A DNA stretch of 54,914 bases, filler included, from Asterionella formosa (lineage: Eukaryota), in the NCBI GenBank assembly GCA_002256025.1. It is 4 parts of 4 records of this genome, joined end to end, with 100 filler letters (N's around TTAATTAATTAA, not from the genome) between each part and the next. Parts side by side here need not be neighbours in the genome. Positions count along the whole stretch, not along the records: positions 41,271 to 54,914 come from NKIB01006513.1; 3 more parts are not named here. The stretch is one strand, 5' to 3'. Position numbers and translations under genes: made by a program. Below the pieces are notes generated by a model. It had not been told where the DNA came from. It searched no databases and saw only the letters and a list, made by a program, of their open reading frames with translations. This document shows positions 48,626 through 54,914 of the stretch, in pieces. The stretch's first letter is position 1; every line of letters starts with the position of its first letter.

Positions 48626-49147
48626 CTACAACTCAATCAATTCAATGTATGCAACAAGCGAAGCAGTGTTCCTTGTGCTTTCCACGTAATCAAGAGAATT
48701 ACGAATAAACATTTCTCGCTCTTGGGTCAGCATTCGAAGCGCTTCAAGGAGAAAGTCGACATCAACCATGGCAGCCTCGTCGTCTCCAACCAATCCCAGA
48801 GGACAGCTGGTATTTAACGTCATGGCAATGTCCTTGGCAAAAGATCCTCTCACACAAACGATTCGTTCTTGCTCGGTTTCGACATTCCAGTCTTTCCCTG
48901 GTTTGAAGATTGGGACATCGTGCAGATAGATGGACTCGCAGAATGTTGTTGTGATGGAACTTAAGTCACTCTGCCCAGATCGGCTTTGAGCAATGCTAAA
49001 TGGTTGTTCGCGATGATGGGAAGCCAATGTAGAAATTGTTCCTTTGGAGCGCTCGGAATACTCAATAATTTCATTGAGCTCGTCATCAACCCGTTTCATG
49101 TTTCTCTGAAAATCAGCAAATATGACGTCAACGTCGGATAATGACAT
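48626..49147 (-). CDS. Hypothetical protein (~173 aa)
   Basis: Open frame from ATG 49147 (MSLSDVDV...) with gene-like composition. A pyrimidine tract plus CAG just upstream suggests a 5' intron. Confidence 0.55.
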   Translation of the reverse strand: MSLSDVDVIFADFQRNMKRVDDELNEIIEYSERSKGTISTLASHHREQPFSIAQSRSGQSDLSSITTTFCESIYLHDVPIFKPGKDWNVETEQERIVCVRGSFAKDIAMTLNTSCPLGLVGDDEAAMVDVDFLLEALRMLTQEREMFIRNSLDYVESTRNTASLVAYIELIEL

Positions 49148-49571
49148 GGTAATTTCGTCAGGTTGTTTGGTCAAAATACTGAGATGAGGGAGACAAATAG
49201 AGAGTGAATGGGAATCAGCAAGTGGTTCTATTTGCACGCGCGTTGATTCTCTGTCACTTTAATTATTATCAAAAGTACCAGTCAGGCGGGACAATGCGAA
49301 AGTATTGTCCATCATGGTGATTTATTAACTGGTCAGGAAAAACGGAACGTGCGACGGGAACCTGCGTTGGATGCTTCTGTTTGCCGGTACTTGGATGGCG
49401 TCTTCTGATGATGGCAAGTAGCAACAAACATAACGGGAAAATAGCTGGCGATTGGAAATGTGTCGTCTTTTGAGCTTCATCCCCGGTCTCCAAACAGCTC
49501 TTTCTGAGATGAGCATGTTAGGTTGCAGTCCTTTAATTTGGAGATGAATCATACGCAAGGATTTCTCCAAT

Positions 49572-50654
49572 TTATGAACTTTGATGTTTTGATGAATTCC
49601 TTATTCTACTCTTTTTGGCGACTATAAGTTTTTCGTTTGCAATCATTTCAACTACCCTTGACGCCGCCACAAATCCATACGTGCCAGTGACAAAACATGC
49701 TGTCCCTAGTACCCCATCACATCGTCGCAGTGCGGACGAGGAGTCACTAGAACCTTCTGGAAGCCCTTTTTGTTCCTCAATAGAAAATACTGCCTCAATA
49801 CCCCATTTCTTCGGCTTTGTTCCCTTGAGCTGTGACATGACTTCCCCCTCAGAAAAGCCATACAATTGCCGCAAATTCTTCCGGCAGGCGCTTAGGAGCT
49901 TATCTCCAGTAGCTCTGGTCAAGTCTTCACATACAATCTTGGTGGGGTCCATTCTTCCAGCTGATCCTCCGCACGTGACAACAGGAATATTATTCTCAAC
50001 GCATCCTGCAATTAGTGCAGTCTTGGAGCTTTGGCCATCAATCGCGTCCACACATGCCGTCAGTTCAGGTAAAAGACCATTAAGGATATCATTGACATTC
50101 TCAGTGGATACAAAGTCATGAATGTTAGTTATCTTACATTCCGGGTTGATGTCAAGAAGCCGTCGCCTCATTTCGTCAATCTTCATACGTCCAATGGTAC
50201 TAGATGTGGCATGCAGTTGCCTATTGGTATTGGAGATACAGATATCATCCAGGTCGACAAGAACGATATTTCCAATACCACTTCGACAAAGTGCTTCCGC
50301 AGCCCAAGAGCCGACGCCACCAAGCCCAATCACTGCTACTGTCGCGTGAGTCAATCGTTCAAGAATTTGCAGATGAGGAGCGAGATCCCCCGTTGCAGCA
50401 GCGATTCCGTCAAAGGTTTCATAGAGTCGACCAACTCCTTGAAATCGAAGTTGTCTTTGAGTGGCAGCTATTGTTTCATTCATAAACACATCGGATTCCA
50501 TATTATGATTAGTCGACTGGCGTAGATGTATGTTGGCATTCAATATCAGCTGGCGTCGTAGTGGTGATGGTGAATGCCAAAACGTCGGCATTATTGTAAA
50601 GGAGCCTGAACATACCACAACCACTGCTGCAAGTAGCAATTGCAGATAAACCAT
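49572..50654 (-). CDS. tcdA: tRNA threonylcarbamoyladenosine dehydratase (TcdA/CsdL, ThiF family), probably plastid-targeted
   Basis: VIGLGGVGSWAAEALCRSGIG, DLDDICISNTNRQ, DAID..SKTALI, GGSAGRMDPT, VFSIE, GTACFVTGTYGF. N-terminal signal peptide ends SGS-F. Confidence 0.9.
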   Translation of the reverse strand: MVYLQLLLAAVVVVCSGSFTIMPTFWHSPSPLRRQLILNANIHLRQSTNHNMESDVFMNETIAATQRQLRFQGVGRLYETFDGIAAATGDLAPHLQILERLTHATVAVIGLGGVGSWAAEALCRSGIGNIVLVDLDDICISNTNRQLHATSSTIGRMKIDEMRRRLLDINPECKITNIHDFVSTENVNDILNGLLPELTACVDAIDGQSSKTALIAGCVENNIPVVTCGGSAGRMDPTKIVCEDLTRATGDKLLSACRKNLRQLYGFSEGEVMSQLKGTKPKKWGIEAVFSIEEQKGLPEGSSDSSSALRRCDGVLGTACFVTGTYGFVAASRVVEMIANEKLIVAKKSRIRNSSKHQSS

Positions 50655-52369
50655 CGTCAATCGTCGTCAAGTTTGCATATTAGCAAGATAAATAAGCAAG
50701 CACGAGCAAAGCATAATGAAGGCCACTCGAGATTCTGCCTGTGGCTAATCGCAATTACTAGTCTGAGTACCGGTAGGTAGGGACCAGGGTACTGATGTAT
50801 AATGTATGTAGGATCATGATTGCCAGTCCATCACAATGTACCGGTAATTGTTCCCTCCGTATACCGATGTAAGAATGTGTCTGTTAGGCTGTTGATGTCG
50901 ACAGGTGTCCGAAGGCTAGATGTAGTCTGGCTGAGGAATGTCTAAATGGAGATAGACAATATTTAGTATGTAGCATCATATATGCAAACGAGTGGCGAGA
51001 GGANNNNNNNNNNNNNNNNNNNNNNNNNNNNNNNNNNNNNNNNNNNNNNNNNNNNNNNNNNNNNNNNNNNNNNNNNNNNNNNNNNNNNNNNNNNNNNNNN
51101 NNNNNNNNNNNNNNNNNNNNNNNNNNNNNNNNNNNNNNNNNNNNNNNNNNNNNNNNNNNNNNNNNNNNNNNNNNNNNNNNNNNNNNNNNNNNNNNNNNNN
51201 NNNNNNNNNNNNNNNNNNNNNNNNNNNNNNNNNNNNNNNNNNNNNNNNNNNNNNNNNNNNNNNNNNNNNNNNNNNNNNNNNNNNNNNNNNNNNNNNNNNN
51301 NNNNNNNNNNNNNNNNNNNNNNNNNNNNNNNNNNNNNNNNNNNNNNNNNNNNNNNNNNNNNNNNNNNNNNNNNNNNNNNNNNNNNNNNNNNNNNNNNNNN
51401 NNNNNNNNNNNNNNNNNNNNNNNNNNNNNNNNNNNNNNNNNNNNNNNNNNNNNNNNNNNNNNNNNNNNNNNNNNNNNNNNNNNNNNNNNNNNNNNNNNNN
51501 NNNNNNNNNNNNNNNNNNNNNNNNNNNNNNNNNNNNNNNNNNNNNNNNNNNNNNNNNNNNNNNNNNNNNNNNNNNNNNNNNNNNNNNNNNNNNNNNNNNN
51601 NNNNNNNNNNNNNNNNNNNNNNNNNNNNNNNNNNNNNNNNNNNNNNNNNNNNNNNNNNNNNNNNNNNNNNNNNNNNNNNNNNNNNNNNNNNNNNNNNNNN
51701 NNNNNNNNNNNNNNNNNNNNNNNNNNNNNNNNNNNNNNNNNNNNNNNNNNNNNNNNNNNNNNNNNNNNNNNNNNNNNNNNNNNNNNNNNNNNNNNNNNNN
51801 NNNNNNNNNNNNNNNNNNNNNNNNNNNNNNNNNNNNNNNNNNNNNNNNNNNNNNNNNNNNNNNNNNNNNNNNNNNNNNGAATCAATATCGAAAATTTTAT
51901 GCTCATCATCGTATATCATTTAATGCGGAGACTTCTAAACTTACCCTAATCCATGATCTTTCTTGGTTTTTTGGTCGATTGACCATTTCAGGCAATCTAT
52001 CAAGATGAACAAATTGCTCCAAATCTCAAACCAATTACATAGCTGACTAGCTAGCCTATATGCTCGGGAAGGAGCCAGAACTCTCAGAATTTACTTTTAC
52101 GTAGCTAAGGCTGATAGAAAAACGTGTTATTCTGCGTTCCATGGCTGGTGGGTCAGAGCATTACAAAAATATTCTTAATGGGTCATGGCAGTTTTTTACT
52201 TGTACCTGTAGACACGATATGTGCTTCCCTAGTTTTGTTAGCATAGGTGAGTCACCAACCACCTTTCATGAAAGGTGATCATCTGAGCCACAGCATTCGA
52301 GGAAACTCCGACTGTATAGGAAGGCTGCAAAAGCTGCTTGTGGGGGGGGAGCAAGACCGTGCAGGATGG

Positions 52370-52485
52370 TGTAAGGAGTGTGGGAGTCGAACCCAACAAA
52401 ATTGCTTCTCAAAAAATTGTGGGAATCGAACCTTACAACCTCAGATCAAAGGTATCGTGCTAAACTAATAAGCCATTCCCTCCTC
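52370..52485 (-). other. tRNA-like/SINE-head remnant with a duplicated B box
   Basis: GAATGGCTTATTAG...GAGGTTGTAAGGTTCGATTCCC, plus a second GGGTTCGACTCCC about 38 bp downstream. No intact cloverleaf. Confidence 0.45.
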
Positions 52486-53802
52486 AAAGCTATATACTTA
52501 GCTACAGCTGGTTGCATCGAAATAATATAATAGTAGCCCACGTAGTTCTGGTAAAAAATATTATCCTTATCCCTATAGGTGTACTAAAAACATCACTCCA
52601 TTTTGTTTGTTTCAATTGCCTCACCATGTTGCTCAAGATCTCCGTCGTGTCTTGCGCAAAAGTGAATCCCCAAAGGCTTTTAGAACTTTTCGTTATATCA
52701 TTAGTGGAATTTTTTTGGGGAATCACTTTTCACCATATGTTCAAAAATTATAGCAATAGCAGTTATGGCCACCATCAGTGACTCTGCCATACATGGTGCT
52801 TGGTTGTCGGTTGCTCAATTCAGGGAATATCTTCATGAAAACTACACTCATGGCTTTGACATAAAATTCATTACAAATAGATTGATAAGTTAGTTAAATT
52901 ACTAGGTGTTTCCAAACCAATCTTTGGAACCAATCGAGGTCAAGATTTATAGAGGTAAGAATGTAATGGTATTCCAACCTGAGTATCAAGAGAAGGGCAA
53001 CAGTTGACAAAGATTATATCTATGTTACAAGAAATTCAGTATTAGTGGTTACTAAGCTCCTTATTTATGTGAATTCATTTGAATGGGAGGAGAAATGTGT
53101 TCCATTGAAGAAGCAGCTGAGAAGTGGATTTGTGATGATCAAAATTTTCGTCATTGTTACATGGCTGTGACATCACCTTGTAGTACTTGAACTTGATTAG
53201 ATAACGAAGTTGCTATNNNNNNNNNNNNNNNNNNNNNNNNNNNNNNNNNNNNNNNNNNNNNNNNNNNNNNNNNNNNNNNNNNNNNNNNNNNNNNNNNNNN
53301 NNNNNNNNNNNNNNNNNNNNNNNNNNNNNNNNNNNNNNNNNNNNNNNNNNNNNNNNNNNNNNNNNNNNNNNNNNNNNNNNNNNNNNNNNNNNNNNNNNNN
53401 NNNNNNNNNNNNNNNNNNNNNNNNNNNNNNNNNNNNNNNNNNNNNNNNNNNNNNNNNNNNNNNNNNNNNNNNNNNNNNNNNNNNNNNNNNNNNNNNNNNN
53501 NNNNNNNNNNNNNNNNNNNNNNNNNNNNNNNNNNNNNNNNNNNNNNNNNNNNNNNNNNNNNNNNNNNNNNNNNNNNNNNNNNNNNNNNNNNNNNNNNNNN
53601 NNNNNNNNNNNNNNGCTGTCCCTCCTGAGACCACCCATACCTATAGCAACAGCAACATCCAGCAACAAGCAAAAACATATTTGGACTCTCCTGAAGCCAA
53701 GAAACTGCGCATCCCCTCCCCATTTGAATTTAGATAATCAAATTGAAATCCTCAAGCAAATAGTATGACATACTGGTTACAAAAAATCAGACAAGTTTGA
53801 TG

Positions 53803-54666
53803 TCAAGCAAAATTTATCATTTTTGATGTATTTACAAGATCCTCTAAAGTTGTTTCTCCATTCCTTCTAACTGATTCTGCAAACACTATCAGCTCTTCAT
53901 GTGTCAAATAGAGAAAGTGTTTGCCATTATCAACAAACACCCCAGTTATCCTGCAATCCTTGACCAATGCTCGGATTTTAGCAGTGATAGTAGAACATGG
54001 AATTCGAAACTGTTCAGAGAGATCGTCGATGTTAATGTACTTGTTTGATTTCAAGTACTCTGACAGGTCCACAACACTCATCGAGTCGTCCCCAGAGGAC
54101 AGAAAGATCTTCCAGGCTTCGTACTCATTCTGCTCTTGCAATTCTTTTGCCTCCATTCGTAGCTTCCGCCTCTCTTCAATTCTCTTTGCTTCTAGTTTAT
54201 CTCGCTCTTTCTTTTCTAACTGCGCTATTTGTTGCGCTTGGCGTTGTTGGTCGCGCCGTTGGTCCTCACACAGCTTGCGCTCTTGTCGTTCTGTTGCCTT
54301 TGCAGCCTTGTCGCGTTCTTTTCTCGACAAACGCCGCATCTCGCCAGGGACGTTATTCTCATTTTGGTCCACACCTGGCTCGTCGCCGCCAATCCTACGT
54401 TGACGCTTCATAACATTTTTGGCTCTTGCCCTCCGCTGCGCACGGTTGAGAGTGGCGATATCGGCGTGGTCCAATTTAGCATCATAGTCCATCTCATCGT
54501 TTCCTCGCGTTTCGAATTCCTCGCGAGTCTGAAGTCGGCGCACAATGATAGTGTACATTATGATTGTCAACATGCCAAAGCCCAGGATGGAGGCAGCGAG
54601 AAGCGCCTCGTCAGAGAAGCCAACTCCAATGTCAGCAGCATTCCCGAAGCGACCATTTGATTTCAT
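53803..54666 (-). CDS. DDRGK1: DDRGK domain-containing protein 1 (UFBP1)-like
   Basis: N-terminal TM anchor, a long E/R/K helix ending EYEAWK..F, and a winged-helix region with ITGVFVDNGKHFLYLTHEEL (canonical LTGVxDDRGKFIYI). First ATG at 54666. Confidence 0.82.
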   Translation of the reverse strand: MKSNGRFGNAADIGVGFSDEALLAASILGFGMLTIIMYTIIVRRLQTREEFETRGNDEMDYDAKLDHADIATLNRAQRRARAKNVMKRQRRIGGDEPGVDQNENNVPGEMRRLSRKERDKAAKATERQERKLCEDQRRDQQRQAQQIAQLEKKERDKLEAKRIEERRKLRMEAKELQEQNEYEAWKIFLSSGDDSMSVVDLSEYLKSNKYINIDDLSEQFRIPCSTITAKIRALVKDCRITGVFVDNGKHFLYLTHEELIVFAESVRRNGETTLEDLVNTSKMINFA

Positions 54667-54914
54667 GATCACAAATAGCTTCTTATAATAATACCTGCTG
54701 ATGGAGAAGAAATGAAGTATATAATTAATTATACGAACGTTAATTATTCAAAATCTAGCAGGAGACGTGTCTGTTAGCTGTTAATGGAATCCGCAACATA
54801 TGTAATGCAACCAATTGGATATCATTGTCGTATTCAACTCTTGCAGCTTCGCTAAAAACGATGTTTGCAGATGACTTCGCTCATCAGCCATGGGAATTCC
54901 TTTCGTCGTGAAAG

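Noticed and set aside
49615..50525. Plus-strand ORFs of 168 and 135 aa, and similar antisense ORFs elsewhere
   Set aside because: They are shadows of well-supported genes on the opposite strand and have no motifs of their own.
50884..53737. Long poly-X ORFs in the track
   Set aside because: They are artefacts of translating through N gaps.

Overview
Eukaryotic nuclear DNA, most likely from a diatom. This is inferred from compact genes, short GT-AG introns, bipartite plastid presequences, CoDi-type Ty1/copia elements and a cyclase-PDE fusion. About 13 host genes are present: a PPR protein, a plastid-targeted unknown, a receptor cyclase/phosphodiesterase, BCNT/CFDP1, an 8-exon plastid repeat protein, a tandem-GNAT SSAT-like enzyme, an NPPY methyltransferase-like protein, a class C GPCR, MATE, an ABCB half-transporter, an unknown, TcdA and DDRGK1. 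They are interspersed with decayed transposons, mainly in a nested block at about 18.5-37.6 kb. Most notable observations: (1) a TA-CC(N)GG-TA motif family concentrated in non-coding DNA, with direct evidence that at least one copy arose as a TA-duplicating insertion; (2) a gene with one peptide repeat per symmetric phase-1 exon; (3) a copia element with non-canonical AG...CT LTR ends, whose 3' LTR is split by a DD39D mariner; (4) a tRNA-headed SINE-like insertion with a target duplication inside a 190-bp tandem repeat. All calls were made by eye and no database searches were run.
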